A stretch of 64,000 nt of DNA. It comes from Nitrospirota bacterium. Its GTDB lineage: Bacteria; Nitrospirota; UBA9217. Made by a program: the position numbers and the translations under genes. Positions 1-10,291 of the stretch are shown here, one piece after another (the stretch's first letter is position 1; every line of letters begins with the position of its first letter). The stretch is taken from the NCBI GenBank assembly GCA_963751455.1, contig CAVVUN010000009.1, forward strand, positions 352,001 through 416,000, read 5' to 3'. A model generated the notes under the pieces. It saw only the letters and a program-made list of their open reading frames with translations. It was not told the origin of the DNA and did no database searches.

Positions 1-51
1 CGGTCGTTTGTTCCGAGTGGTAAGTTAGATAGTTGTCGGTGATGATTTAGA

Positions 52-140
52 TGGTGCCGCTGACCGGAATCGAACCGGTACGGGAGTTGCCCCCCGAGGG
101 ATTTTAAGTCCCTTGCGTCTGCCAATTCCGCCACAGCGGC
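52..140 (-). tRNA. tRNA-Leu (anticodon TAA), CCA encoded
   Basis: Reverse complement GCCGCTGTGGCGGAATTGGCAGACGCAAGGGACTTAAAATCCCT...GGTTCGATTCCGGTCAGCGGCACCA has the acceptor stem, D-loop, TAA anticodon, long variable arm, T-loop and CCA. Confidence 0.95.
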
Positions 141-215
141 TTTTCTATTTACGGAGTAAATCCCCAGAAGAGCGCATCAAATATTATAGAAACAGGAAAT
201 TTTGTCAAGAGAATA

Positions 216-1241
216 TTAAGACGGCCTTTTCTTCGTCACAGCTGCTATCGCGTTGTATACCATATCCACGGATAATCGCTCCATGCACTCGTGTATAATA
301 GTGTTATTACACTTCCGTTTTCTGCAAGGGACGCACGAAACTCCTTCAGCGTGCAGCACTTTGTGCCCGGGCCCAACAGGACCCGTGCGGGCAGGGTCTG
401 CTGCGCCGAAGAGGGCGACTACCCTGGTTCCTACTGCGGTCGCAACGTGCATCGGCCCTGTATCTCCGCTGACCAGGGCGTCACAACGTTCCAGCAAAGC
501 GCCCAATTGCAGAAGATTCAGCTTGCCCGCCATCAAAACAGGTTTCGAAACGCTTTTTCTGATAATCTCTTCCGCAAGAGGTAAATCGTCGTTCCCGCCG
601 ATGATGATAACGTCGGCAGACAGCTCTTGTGCCAGCATATCAACCAACGATGCGAACCGGCCGGCTCCCCAACGGTTGACCGAATGGCTGGCACCCGGAT
701 TTACGATGACAAGGGGTCCGGACTTCTTCCGGACGGATGAAACAATGCGTGCAGCCCTTTCTTTGTCCGCTGCGCCCGTCATGAGCTCGAGGTCAAGATT
801 CGCTGTGTAAACCCCAAGAGAGGCCACTGTTTCAAGGTAATTGGCTACGGCATGAATAGTCCTGTTCCTGGCCTTGTGATAGACGAGAACACGGCAGGGG
901 AACGCTGCTGCTGACAAAAACCATGTTTTGAGATTGCTGCGCTGAAAATTAATGACAAGATCATACTTGTTTTTCCGCAACGCGCGCCAAAGCTTGATAA
1001 AGTCGGTGACTCTTCCGTGCTTTCCTTGTTTGTCATATACGATAGTTTCTCGAACGTAAGGATTATGCTTGAAAAGCAAGGCAGTCGTATCTGAACCAAC
1101 CAGGAGGGAAATATTTACACCGGGATGCTTTATTTTGATCGCTCGAACTACAGGGGTAAGCTGTAGAGTATCGCCGATCGCACCCGGTTTGATAATAAGG
1201 ATATTATTAATCTTGGCTGACTGTTCCATCCAATTAGGCAA
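216..1241 (-). CDS. LPS heptosyltransferase, glycosyltransferase family 9 (WaaF/WaaC-like)
   Basis: N-terminal ILIIKPGAIGD, NPGAS..NRW and DTGPMHVATAVGT..VALFG motifs; the real start may be the ATG at 1229. Confidence 0.85.
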   Translation of the reverse strand: MPNWMEQSAKINNILIIKPGAIGDTLQLTPVVRAIKIKHPGVNISLLVGSDTTALLFKHNPYVRETIVYDKQGKHGRVTDFIKLWRALRKNKYDLVINFQRSNLKTWFLSAAAFPCRVLVYHKARNRTIHAVANYLETVASLGVYTANLDLELMTGAADKERAARIVSSVRKKSGPLVIVNPGASHSVNRWGAGRFASLVDMLAQELSADVIIIGGNDDLPLAEEIIRKSVSKPVLMAGKLNLLQLGALLERCDALVSGDTGPMHVATAVGTRVVALFGAADPARTGPVGPGHKVLHAEGVSCVPCRKRKCNNTIIHECMERLSVDMVYNAIAAVTKKRPS

Positions 1242-1446
1242 ATCTCAGGCAGTCATAATAATCCATATAAACCTCCCTGGCAAGATCTAAAAAGAGCGCA
1301 GCCATCCCTGAAAAAGCCTATCTTTTAAAAATTGTCTTTACAAATTGACTGCGTTTGCATATTATATAACGTTATTATTGATTAATATTCAACATGTTGT
1401 TCTCGTTTTTCTATAGTTTTCTACAAGCCGGAGAATCATTCTGTTC

Positions 1447-2232
1447 ATGCGTCGCATAATATCGCCTCTTATAATCTGCCTGTTTTTATTCAGTGCAGAC
1501 GCGATATCCGCCGAAACCGGCAAGAGATTGATTTATCCTTCAGTACCGTTTATAACCGGGGAAAAACTTACCTATTCAATAAGCTGGTCTAGCATTCTGG
1601 ATGCAGGCACATCGGTGATGGAAGTAAAAGAAGTCACCGGGCCCGACGGGAAAAAAGCATACAATTTTATTTCCATTGCAAGATCGACGGGTATGATGGA
1701 CAGATTTTACAAGGTTTACGACAGGGTGGAAAGCCTTATTGATGCGGAAAAATTTTCAAGCTTAGCGTTCTATCTCGATCAAACCCATGGGAAAAGAAAG
1801 AAAAAGCGGGAAATGCTGTTCGATCACGTGCACAATACGGTACTTGTGATCACTGACGGTAAAGAGGCATCGTATACGGTTCCGTCTGTTGTTCAGGATT
1901 CGCTTTCATCGCTCTATTATGTCAGGACCCGGCAGGATTTCACGGTAGGGAAACCAATCATTGTAGACGTCCATGAGGATGGAAAGACCTGGGCCGTTGA
2001 AGTCCATACACTGGGAAGGGAAAAAATTAAAACTGCCCTGGGCGAATTCGACACCATCAAGATTAAAACCTATCCCAAATACGAAGGTGTGTTCCGGCAC
2101 ACGGGCGAGATTTATATCTGGTTGACAGACGATGCCAGAAAAGTGCCGGTTCTAATGAAAAGTGAGATCAGCATAGGCACCATTGACGCCAGGCTGGTCG
2201 AGTTCCGGAATGGAGACATGAAAAATTGGTAG
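1447..2232 (+). CDS. DUF3108 family exported protein
   Basis: Signal peptide; GEKLTYSISW, QDSLSSLYYVR, G.E.I.T.LG.FDT and IWLTDD.RKVPV motifs. Confidence 0.75.
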   Translation: MRRIISPLIICLFLFSADAISAETGKRLIYPSVPFITGEKLTYSISWSSILDAGTSVMEVKEVTGPDGKKAYNFISIARSTGMMDRFYKVYDRVESLIDAEKFSSLAFYLDQTHGKRKKKREMLFDHVHNTVLVITDGKEASYTVPSVVQDSLSSLYYVRTRQDFTVGKPIIVDVHEDGKTWAVEVHTLGREKIKTALGEFDTIKIKTYPKYEGVFRHTGEIYIWLTDDARKVPVLMKSEISIGTIDARLVEFRNGDMKNW

Positions 2233-3221
2233 CCAGGACCGAATTAAGGCGTCTCATTCAATATATCGAACGATTTCGCCGTACGAGAACATTGGTCGTC
2301 GGCGACGTGATGCTCGATCATTATGTTTGGGGCAATGTATCCCGCATTTCTCCGGAAGCCCCTGTGCCCGTTGTGACGGTTACAAAGGAAAGCGTGCTCC
2401 TGGGAGCGGCAACCAATGTCGTAAACAATATCCACGCTCTGGGCGGGCAAGTGAGCGTCTGCGGCGTGATCGGTTCCGATGATGCAGGAAGACAACTCGT
2501 GGGATTGCTGAAACAGCGGGGAATCAGGGCCGACGGCCTCTTCGTGGAAGATTCCAGACCGACAACTATCAAAACCCGCGTGGTAGCCCACAATCAGCAG
2601 GTTGTACGATTCGACCGCGAGACGAAAAACGGGATCGAACCCGAAACGCACCGAAAAGTATTTGAATTGGTCAAACAGGAGATCCACAAGGGCCTGGATG
2701 CCGTTGTACTTTCCGATTATTGTAAAGGCGTGATCACCAAAGAACTGGTACGCGATATTGTCAGAATCGCCCGGAAAAACAAGGTAATCGTCTCAGTTGA
2801 CCCCAAGATTAACCATTTTGGAATTTACAGCGGGGTCACCGTGCTTACCCCGAATACCAAGGAGGCTTCGATCGGCGCCAGGATGGACATCGATGATGAT
2901 AAGAGTCTCTGTAAGGCCGGGGTTCTGCTGCTGAAGCGGCTCAAATGCGACGGAGTGCTGATCACCCGCGGCGAGCATGGGATGAGCCTGTTTGAGCGAA
3001 ACGGTAAGGTAACGCATATCCCCACAATGGCCCAGGAAGTTTTCGATGTGACCGGTGCAGGAGATACGGTTATCAGCGCTTTTACGCTCGCAATGGCGGC
3101 AGGTGCGTCCATGAAAGACGCTGCAAAGATCTCAAATTTTGCCGCCGGGATCGTCGTCGGCGTCGTCGGAACGGCAACGATAACATCGGAAGAATTGAAG
3201 CGGAAAATTGAGGCGAAGTAA
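2226..3221 (+). CDS. hldA: D-glycero-beta-D-manno-heptose-7-phosphate kinase (RfaE1/HldA)
   Basis: GDVMLDHYVWGNVSRISPEAPVPV and VFDVTGAGDTVI motifs of the PfkB-family RfaE domain I. Confidence 0.9.
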   Translation: MVARTELRRLIQYIERFRRTRTLVVGDVMLDHYVWGNVSRISPEAPVPVVTVTKESVLLGAATNVVNNIHALGGQVSVCGVIGSDDAGRQLVGLLKQRGIRADGLFVEDSRPTTIKTRVVAHNQQVVRFDRETKNGIEPETHRKVFELVKQEIHKGLDAVVLSDYCKGVITKELVRDIVRIARKNKVIVSVDPKINHFGIYSGVTVLTPNTKEASIGARMDIDDDKSLCKAGVLLLKRLKCDGVLITRGEHGMSLFERNGKVTHIPTMAQEVFDVTGAGDTVISAFTLAMAAGASMKDAAKISNFAAGIVVGVVGTATITSEELKRKIEAK

Positions 3222-3237
3222 GAAGTAAAAAGTAACC

Positions 3238-3337
3238 GGTTTGTCTGGTTTATCTGGTTTGTCTGGTTCAACTAAGCAAACCAAACAAACCAAAGAAACT
3301 AAAAACACCAAAGAAACTAAAGAAACGAAATAAACTA
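3238..3337. repeat. 9-nt-period inverted repeat element (GGTTTGTCT arm, then AAACCAAAC arm)
   Basis: GGTTTGTCT GGTTTATCT GGTTTGTCT followed by AAACCAAAC AAACCAAAG AAACTAAAA..., between hldA and rmlA. Confidence 0.9.
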
Positions 3338-3355
3338 TTTTGACGAGGGTTCACC

Positions 3356-4249
3356 ATGAAAGGTATCATATTGGCAGGAGGCAGCGGTACACGGCTTTAT
3401 CCCATTACCCGGGGGGTATGCAAACAGCTGCTGCCCGTCTACGATAAGCCGATGATTTATTATCCGCTTTCCGTGCTTATGCTGTCCGGTATACGGGATG
3501 TTTTGATTATTTCAACTCCTGTTGATTTGCCTCGCTTTCAGGACATCTTCGGCAATGGAGAGGATTTGGGGCTCCGTTTTTCCTACAAGGAACAGCCGAA
3601 GCCGAACGGGCTTGCAGAAGCGTTCATTATCGGTGAGAACTTCGTCGGCCGGGACCCGGTTTGTCTTGTGCTGGGTGACAATATCTTTTTCGGTCACGGT
3701 CTTACCGGTATGCTCAAAAAGGCCGTAAAAGACGTGGAGAGCTCAGGTGGAGCAAGAGTATTCGGATATTATGTGAAGGACCCGGAGCGATACGGGATTG
3801 TGGAGTTTGATCCGAACGGGAATGTGCTTTCCATTGAGGAAAAACCAAATCAGCCGAGATCGCGATACGCTGTCACAGGCCTGTACTACTACGACAATCA
3901 GGTCGTGGACATAGCAAAGAACATAAAGCCGTCGCACCGTGGTGAATTGGAAATAACCGATGTGAATAATGTTTATCTCGCGCAGAAAAAGATTACGGTC
4001 GAACTGATGGGCCGCGGCTATGCATGGCTCGATACGGGGACCCATGAGAGCCTCCTCGATGCGGGCGAATTCATCGCTACGATAGAACGGCGCCAGGGCC
4101 TCAAGATGGCCTGTATTGAGGAAATCGCCTTTAAGCTGGGATATATCGACAGGGCGAAACTGCTCAAAGCCGCAGATTATCATAAAAAGAATTCCTACGG
4201 AGATTATCTCAAAATGATTGCCGAACATGAGGTGCCGCATGCCCTTTGA
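3356..4249 (+). CDS. rmlA: Glucose-1-phosphate thymidylyltransferase
   Basis: [37 protein letters not shown] and WLDTGT motifs. Confidence 0.97.
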   Translation: MKGIILAGGSGTRLYPITRGVCKQLLPVYDKPMIYYPLSVLMLSGIRDVLIISTPVDLPRFQDIFGNGEDLGLRFSYKEQPKPNGLAEAFIIGENFVGRDPVCLVLGDNIFFGHGLTGMLKKAVKDVESSGGARVFGYYVKDPERYGIVEFDPNGNVLSIEEKPNQPRSRYAVTGLYYYDNQVVDIAKNIKPSHRGELEITDVNNVYLAQKKITVELMGRGYAWLDTGTHESLLDAGEFIATIERRQGLKMACIEEIAFKLGYIDRAKLLKAADYHKKNSYGDYLKMIAEHEVPHAL

Positions 4250-4799
4250 ATTCACGGCTCTCAAGATCCCCGGGCTCGTGCTGGTAACACCCCGGGTCTT
4301 TGACGACGGCAGGGGGTTTTTTCTTGAATTCTACAAATATTCCGATTTCAGCAAAGCGGGGATAGGGGATCACCTTGTCCAGGACAACTATTCAAAATCT
4401 GTGAAGGGCGTTCTGAGGGGGCTGCACTATCAGAAAAATCCGAAGGCCCAGGGAAAACTGGTTTCGTGTATAAAAGGCAGGATTTACGATGTCGCCGTGG
4501 ACATTCGTAAAGGTTCCCCGCGATATGGCGCATGGCTGGGTGTCGAGCTTTCAGATAAAAATAAGCAAATGCTTTACGTGCCGTCCGGTTTTGCGCATGG
4601 CTTCCAGGTGCTCACCGATTCAGCTGAGATCATCTATAAGTGCACAGCCGAATATTCTCCGGCCGACGACCGCGGCATCATCTGGAATGATCCCGAGCTC
4701 AACATTGCCTGGCCGTTGAAAAATCCGTTATTATCAGCCAAGGATACAGCGCATCCTTTATTGAGAGCTGCCGATAATAACTTCTTATGGAGTGAATAA
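4239..4799 (+). CDS. rmlC: dTDP-4-dehydrorhamnose 3,5-epimerase
   Basis: [23 protein letters not shown] and GFAHGF motifs; ATG at 4239 overlaps the rmlA end. Confidence 0.95.
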   Translation: MPFEFTALKIPGLVLVTPRVFDDGRGFFLEFYKYSDFSKAGIGDHLVQDNYSKSVKGVLRGLHYQKNPKAQGKLVSCIKGRIYDVAVDIRKGSPRYGAWLGVELSDKNKQMLYVPSGFAHGFQVLTDSAEIIYKCTAEYSPADDRGIIWNDPELNIAWPLKNPLLSAKDTAHPLLRAADNNFLWSE

Positions 4800-4808
4800 A
4801 GCCTGATT

Positions 4809-4881
4809 CGTTTGTTTGGTTTGTTTAGTTTGTTTGGTTAACCAGATAAACTAAATGAACCAGATAAACCAGACAAACTGA
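4809..4881. repeat. 9-nt-period inverted repeat element
   Basis: GTTTGTTTGGTTTGTTTAGTTTGTTTGGTT then AACCAGATAAACTAAATGAACCAGATAAACCAGACAAAC, between rmlC and rmlD. Confidence 0.9.
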
Positions 4882-4886
4882 GACCT

Positions 4887-5732
4887 ATGAAATACCTTAT
4901 TACCGGCAGAAACGGCCAACTTGCCCGCGCATTCATCAAAAAATTCGAAGAACAGTCCATTGATTACAGCGCGCCCGACGAGTCGCAGCTCGACATAACC
5001 GATTTTGACGCCGTTTCCCAGGCTGTTTCGGGATTGAAGCCGGACGTGATCATCAACTGCGCGGCATATAATCTGGTGGACAGGGCGGAACTCGAACGGG
5101 AAAAGGCATTTGCGGTCAATGCCTCCGGGCCGGCGAATTTAGCCCGCGCGGCTGCGGATCGAGGAGCACTGCTGGTTCATTTCGGATCAGATTACGTATT
5201 CGACGGAATCAAGGAAAAAGGCCTTTACACTGAAGAAGACGCGGTCAATCCGCTCAATGAGTACGGAAAAAGCAAGCTTTCCGGTGAAAACTTTGTGTCT
5301 GAATCAGGCGCCCGCCATCTTGTACTGAGGCTTAGCTGGGTATTCGGCGACGGCAATCAGAATTTTATCCACAAGTTAATCGAATGGACGCGGAATAATG
5401 AATATCTCAAGATTGCTTGCGACGAATTTTCAGTTCCTACATACACAAATACAGTGGTCGATATGACCTTGAGAGCAATCAAGAATGATACGCGGGGACA
5501 TTACCATCTGACGAACAGCGGTTTTTGTTCTCGGTATGAATGGGCGAGACACATCGTTCAGGACCTCAAATTGAACAAATTCATACGCCCGGTCTCTATG
5601 GATATATTCAATCTGCCTGCAAAACGGCCAAAATTTTCAGCAATGAGCAACGCCGCCCTCTCCAGAGAACTGAACATCTCGATTCCATCCTGGGAAGAGG
5701 CGGTAAGCACGTTTTTACGGGAAAGGGCTTAG
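4887..5732 (+). CDS. rmlD: dTDP-4-dehydrorhamnose reductase
   Basis: ITG.NGQLA, INCAAYN.VD.AE, SDYVFDG and YGKSKL.GE motifs. Confidence 0.95.
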   Translation: MKYLITGRNGQLARAFIKKFEEQSIDYSAPDESQLDITDFDAVSQAVSGLKPDVIINCAAYNLVDRAELEREKAFAVNASGPANLARAAADRGALLVHFGSDYVFDGIKEKGLYTEEDAVNPLNEYGKSKLSGENFVSESGARHLVLRLSWVFGDGNQNFIHKLIEWTRNNEYLKIACDEFSVPTYTNTVVDMTLRAIKNDTRGHYHLTNSGFCSRYEWARHIVQDLKLNKFIRPVSMDIFNLPAKRPKFSAMSNAALSRELNISIPSWEEAVSTFLRERA

Positions 5733-5734
5733 GT

Positions 5735-6877
5735 ATGCACATAAACCAGACGGATAATTCCGGCAGACCGGCGGTGTCGGCCAATATCCTGGTGACAGGC
5801 GGGGCGGGTTTTATCGGCTCTAATTTCATCAGGCACATTATCACGAAACAGGATTTTTGCGGCATTGTCGTCAATCTCGATAAGCTTACGTACGCCGGCA
5901 ACATGATGAATCTTGCCGACATAGAAAACAAATTCGGCGGCAAAAATTATTTTTTTGAACTCGGCGACATCTGCGATTTTGACAAGGTAAGAGCGGTGTT
6001 CGATAAATATCACATCAACATCGTCGTGCATTTTGCCGCTGAAAGCCATGTCGACCGTTCAATCTTCGGACCAAAGGAATTTGTAGAGACAAACGTCAAA
6101 GGCACTTTCTGCATGCTTGAGACTGCGCGGCAAACATGGAGCAACCGCAAGGATGTACGGTTTCACCACATCAGCACCGATGAAGTGTATGGTTCCCTGG
6201 GAAAAACAGGGTTCTTCCTGGAAACAACACCTTACGACCCGCGGAGCCCTTATTCAGCTTCCAAAGCCGCTTCAGACCACCTCGTAAACGCATACTTTCA
6301 TACCTACGGACTGCCGATCACGATTTCCAATTGTTCAAACAACTACGGTCCCTATCACTTTCCGGAGAAGTTGATCCCGCTCACGATCCTGAACGCTGTT
6401 GAGGGGAAACAACTGCCTATATACGGAGACGGCAAAAATGTCCGCGACTGGCTCTATGTCGAGGACCATTGCGAAGCTATCTGGACGATACTTTCCAGAG
6501 GAAAACCGGGCGAAACGTACAACATCGGCGGCGAATGCGAGAAGCGCAATATCGATGTGGTGAACGAGATATGCGCCGTCCTTGAGAAAGTATATCCCGC
6601 GAGCGAAAATCCCGCAATCCGCAATCCGCAATCCGCAATCCGCAATTACACGGATCTGATCACGTTTGTTTCGGATCGACCGGGTCATGACCGTCGTTAC
6701 GCCATTAACTGCGACAAGATCAAGAATGCTCTGGGGTGGAAACAAAATCACGACTTTGAAAAGGGTCTGAAAAATACCGTTGACTGGTTTCTCAAAAACA
6801 CGGACTGGGTAAATAACGTCAGAAGCGGCGAATATAAGAAGTGGCTGGAAAAAAACTATTCAGGCAGGACATCATGA
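5735..6877 (+). CDS. rmlB: dTDP-glucose 4,6-dehydratase
   Basis: [39 protein letters not shown] and [10 protein letters not shown] motifs; start placed at the ATG at 5735. Confidence 0.95.
   Translation: MHINQTDNSGRPAVSANILVTGGAGFIGSNFIRHIITKQDFCGIVVNLDKLTYAGNMMNLADIENKFGGKNYFFELGDICDFDKVRAVFDKYHINIVVHFAAESHVDRSIFGPKEFVETNVKGTFCMLETARQTWSNRKDVRFHHISTDEVYGSLGKTGFFLETTPYDPRSPYSASKAASDHLVNAYFHTYGLPITISNCSNNYGPYHFPEKLIPLTILNAVEGKQLPIYGDGKNVRDWLYVEDHCEAIWTILSRGKPGETYNIGGECEKRNIDVVNEICAVLEKVYPASENPAIRNPQSAIRNYTDLITFVSDRPGHDRRYAINCDKIKNALGWKQNHDFEKGLKNTVDWFLKNTDWVNNVRSGEYKKWLEKNYSGRTS
6612..6646 (+). repeat. (CCGCAAT)x5 heptamer tandem repeat inside rmlB
   Basis: Five perfect copies, translated in frame as [12 protein letters not shown]. 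Confidence 0.95.
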
Positions 6878-6890
6878 GAGCAGGAGAGAT

Positions 6891-8222
6891 ATGAAGATTT
6901 CAGTAATAGGCACGGGCTATGTAGGCCTCGTAACAGGCACATGCCTTGCCGAAAGCGGCAATGACGTAATCTGCATGGACATCGATATAAAAAAGATCGA
7001 GCTGCTGAATAAAGGCGTCGTGCCGATCTATGAACCCGGGCTTGAAGAGCTCATAAAGCGAAACGTCAGTCATGGACGGCTCAGTTTCACGTCGGATATG
7101 GCGTCTTCCGTAAAAAATGCCGATATTATTTTTATTGCAGTAGGGACCCCACCCGGTCAGGACGGTTCCTGTGATCTGAAATACGTCATCGACGCTGCCC
7201 GGCAGGTAGGTACTCACATGAACGGGTATAAGGTCGTTATCAACAAGAGTACGGTACCCGTCGGAACCGGCGACAGGGTACGGGCCGCCCTCTCGTCCAA
7301 AACGAAACATAAATTCGACGTGGTTTCGAATCCCGAGTTCCTCAAGGAAGGGGCCGCGATCGACGACTTCATGAAGCCGGACCGTGTCGTGATCGGTGCT
7401 GATTCCGCGAGAGCTATTGCAGCTATGGAAGAGCTTTACGGCCCCTTTGTCCGGAAGGGGGACCGCATTCTGATTATGGATATCAAAAGCGCGGAAATGA
7501 CAAAATACGCGTCAAATGCCATGCTGGCAACCAAGATATCCTTCATAAACGAGATGGCGGTCATCTGCTCGAGCATGGGAGCGGACATCGACAGCGTCCG
7601 AAAAGGTATGGGCTATGACAGGCGGATCGGGTTCGAGTTCCTGTTCCCGGGTGTTGGCTACGGCGGGTCCTGTTTCCCGAAAGACGTGAAGGCCCTGGTC
7701 CGGACTGCGAAAGAATATGGTGTTGAGGCCAAGGTGCTTAAAGCCGTCGAGGCCGTGAACGACCGCCAGAAAAACGTTCTGTCCGACATGGTGCTCAAGC
7801 ACTTTGCCCCTCGCATTGCAAAGGGAAGAAAGGCGAGTAAACCGCTTGCCGGAATGACTATCGCGGTCTGGGGCCTCTCCTTCAAGCCGCGCACGGATGA
7901 CATGCGGGAGGCGCCGTCAGTCGTGATCATCAATAATCTCCTTCGGGCAGGCGCCAAGGTCAAGGCGCATGACCCGGTCGCCGAACCCGAAGCGCGGAAG
8001 ATATTCAAGAACAGAATAACCATCATGGACGACAGCTATGATGCTCTTCGCAAGGCAGACGCATTGGCTGTAGTGACCGAGTGGAATGAGTTCCGCACGC
8101 CCGATTTTAAGAAAATCAAACAACTGATGAATAAACCCGTGATCTTTGACGGAAGAAATATTTTTAACCAGGAAGAGCTGCTCAAGATGGGATTTACATA
8201 TTACGGGATAGGGAGAAGGTAA
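6891..8222 (+). CDS. ugd: UDP-glucose 6-dehydrogenase
   Basis: VIGTGYVGL, KSTVPVGT, SNPEFLKEG, GYGGSCFPKD and FKP.TDDMRE motifs. Confidence 0.95.
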   Translation: MKISVIGTGYVGLVTGTCLAESGNDVICMDIDIKKIELLNKGVVPIYEPGLEELIKRNVSHGRLSFTSDMASSVKNADIIFIAVGTPPGQDGSCDLKYVIDAARQVGTHMNGYKVVINKSTVPVGTGDRVRAALSSKTKHKFDVVSNPEFLKEGAAIDDFMKPDRVVIGADSARAIAAMEELYGPFVRKGDRILIMDIKSAEMTKYASNAMLATKISFINEMAVICSSMGADIDSVRKGMGYDRRIGFEFLFPGVGYGGSCFPKDVKALVRTAKEYGVEAKVLKAVEAVNDRQKNVLSDMVLKHFAPRIAKGRKASKPLAGMTIAVWGLSFKPRTDDMREAPSVVIINNLLRAGAKVKAHDPVAEPEARKIFKNRITIMDDSYDALRKADALAVVTEWNEFRTPDFKKIKQLMNKPVIFDGRNIFNQEELLKMGFTYYGIGRR

Positions 8223-8224
8223 GC

Positions 8225-8400
8225 AGTTTATCAGTATGTCTGGTTTGTTTGATTAATTTGGTTTGTCTGGTTTGTCTAGTTTGTTTGGTTTGCCTGGCTC
8301 ATTTGATTCAAAACAAACTAAACAAACCAAAGAAACTAAAGAAACTTTAATCAACAAAACAACCCAAATAAACTAAAGAAACCAAATCAACTAAATCAAC
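8225..8400. repeat. 9-nt-period inverted repeat element (long)
   Basis: GGTTTGTCT-type units followed by AAACTAAAC/AAACCAAAG-type units, between ugd and uxs. Confidence 0.9.
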
Positions 8401-8415
8401 TTTTTGGAGTAATTC

Positions 8416-9345
8416 ATGCGGATTCTGGTCACCGGCGGAGCCGGTTTTCTCGGTTCACACTTATGCGAACGATTGTTGGACGCAGGACACGAAGTCCTCT
8501 GTATGGACAATTTTTACACGGGCAGGAAGAAGAACGTTGCGGGAATGTTGAACAATCCGGTTTTCGAACTGGTGCGGCACGATATCGTTCTCCCTGTTCT
8601 TCTCGAAGTGGACAAAATTTACCATCTGGCATGCCCGGCTTCGCCGATTCATTACCAGTACAATCCGGTAAAGACTATCAAGACAAACATTCTGGGTACG
8701 CTCAATATGCTCGGCAACGCAAAACGAGTAAAGGCTCGCATGCTCCTCGCTTCGACTTCGGAGGTGTACGGGGACCCATCCGTTCATCCCCAGAAGGAAA
8801 ATTACTGGGGCAACGTCAATCCGATCGGCATCCGAAGCTGCTATGACGAGGGGAAACGGGTGGCCGAGACCCTGATGATGGACTATCATCGTCAAAACGG
8901 AGTGGACGTCAAGATCGTCCGGATTTTTAACACGTACGGGCCCCGCATGCTGCAGAATGACGGCCGCGTAGTGAGCAACTTCATTGTCCAGGCGCTCAAA
9001 GGCAATGATATTACGGTATATGGTGATGGTTCCCAGACCCGATCCTTCTGCTATGTGGATGATCTGGTCGACGGAATGGTGCGTATGATGGATTGCGAAA
9101 ATTTCATCGGCCCGGTAAATCTCGGGAACCCTGAGGAATATACGATACTCGATTTCGCAAAAAAAATCATAGCAATGACCGGTTCAGGATCCAAAATCGT
9201 GCACAAGCCGCTTCCCTCTGACGATCCGACCCAGCGCCAGCCCGATATCTCCCTGGCCGGATCAAAGTTGAACTGGAAGCCGAAGGTGAGCGTGGATGAC
9301 GGCTTGAAGAGGACGATTGAATATTTCAGGAAAGAACTGTCATGA
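8416..9345 (+). CDS. uxs: UDP-glucuronate decarboxylase (UDP-xylose synthase)
   Basis: [32 protein letters not shown] and RSCYDEGKR motifs. Confidence 0.92.
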   Translation: MRILVTGGAGFLGSHLCERLLDAGHEVLCMDNFYTGRKKNVAGMLNNPVFELVRHDIVLPVLLEVDKIYHLACPASPIHYQYNPVKTIKTNILGTLNMLGNAKRVKARMLLASTSEVYGDPSVHPQKENYWGNVNPIGIRSCYDEGKRVAETLMMDYHRQNGVDVKIVRIFNTYGPRMLQNDGRVVSNFIVQALKGNDITVYGDGSQTRSFCYVDDLVDGMVRMMDCENFIGPVNLGNPEEYTILDFAKKIIAMTGSGSKIVHKPLPSDDPTQRQPDISLAGSKLNWKPKVSVDDGLKRTIEYFRKELS

Positions 9346-9463
9346 TCGTCCATCGGCTACGGCAACGAGGCCCGTATCGTTAAGCGTTAAGCGGATACGG
9401 ACTGCCCAACACGAACGCCGTAACCCAACCACGAAACGGGCATCGTAACCGTGACCTTTTAAC
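9345..9463 (+). repeat. Dispersed copy of the CCCGTATCGT...ACGGGCATCGTAACC family
   Basis: ACGAGGCCCGTATCGT ... CGAAACGGGCATCGTAACC..CCTTTTAA matches the cores of the 19.2-19.8 kb repeat unit. Confidence 0.8.
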
Positions 9464-9473
9464 TACTATTCAA

Positions 9474-10289
9474 ATGAACCGAAGCAACCAGATGAACCAG
9501 ACAAACATGACAAACCATAAAAACCAGACAATCATCGCCGTCATTCCTTCCCGCTACGGGTCAACCCGGTTCCCCGGCAAAGCACTCGCAATGATTGAGA
9601 AAAAACCGATGATCCAGTGGGTTTACGAGCGCACAAAGCGTTCTCGCCTCATTACGCGGGTAATCGTGGCCACGGATGATGAACGCATCCGTAAGGCGGT
9701 TTCCGCTTTTGGAGGAGAAGCAATGATGACGTCGGCCGGCCATGCAACCGGTACGGATAGAATCGCCGAAGTGGTCCGTAAGCTTGATTGCGATATTGTT
9801 GTAAATGTTCAGGGAGATGAACCGCTGATCCATCCGGAGATGATCGACGAAGCTGTGACTCCTCTTGTGGACGACCCCTCCATTCCCATGGGCACTGTTT
9901 GCAGAAAGATTGAACGCCGTGATGAAGCTTTTGACGCTAATGTCGTCAAGGTGGTCTTCGATCGAAACGGGTTTGCGTTGTATTTTTCGCGGGCTCCGAT
10001 CCCGTGGGATCGAGACAGCCGAACAGGGAAAATATGTTTAACTGATATGCCTCTTGCAGGCGATATGTATAAGCATATCGGCCTCTATGCGTATCAGAGA
10101 GATTTTCTTTTACAGTACGCGCGGATGCCGCAAACAGGGCTTGAAGCCGTTGAAAAGCTCGAACAGCTGCGGGCGCTCGAATCCGGACATCGCATTAAAG
10201 TGGTTGTAACGAGCCATGAATCCTTTGGTGTTGACATCCCGGACGATTTGAGTAAAATACTGCAACGCCTCAAAGAAAGAAGAGATTAG
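9474..10289 (+). CDS. kdsB: 3-deoxy-manno-octulosonate cytidylyltransferase
   Basis: [38 protein letters not shown] and LEQLRALE motifs; N-terminus encoded by 9-nt repeats, so the start is uncertain. Confidence 0.95.
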   Translation: MNRSNQMNQTNMTNHKNQTIIAVIPSRYGSTRFPGKALAMIEKKPMIQWVYERTKRSRLITRVIVATDDERIRKAVSAFGGEAMMTSAGHATGTDRIAEVVRKLDCDIVVNVQGDEPLIHPEMIDEAVTPLVDDPSIPMGTVCRKIERRDEAFDANVVKVVFDRNGFALYFSRAPIPWDRDSRTGKICLTDMPLAGDMYKHIGLYAYQRDFLLQYARMPQTGLEAVEKLEQLRALESGHRIKVVVTSHESFGVDIPDDLSKILQRLKERRD

Positions 10290-10291
10290 GA

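Noticed and set aside
52-140. tRNA-Leu as an island attachment site
   Set aside because: No integrase or duplicated tRNA 3' end is seen; the downstream side lies mostly outside the window
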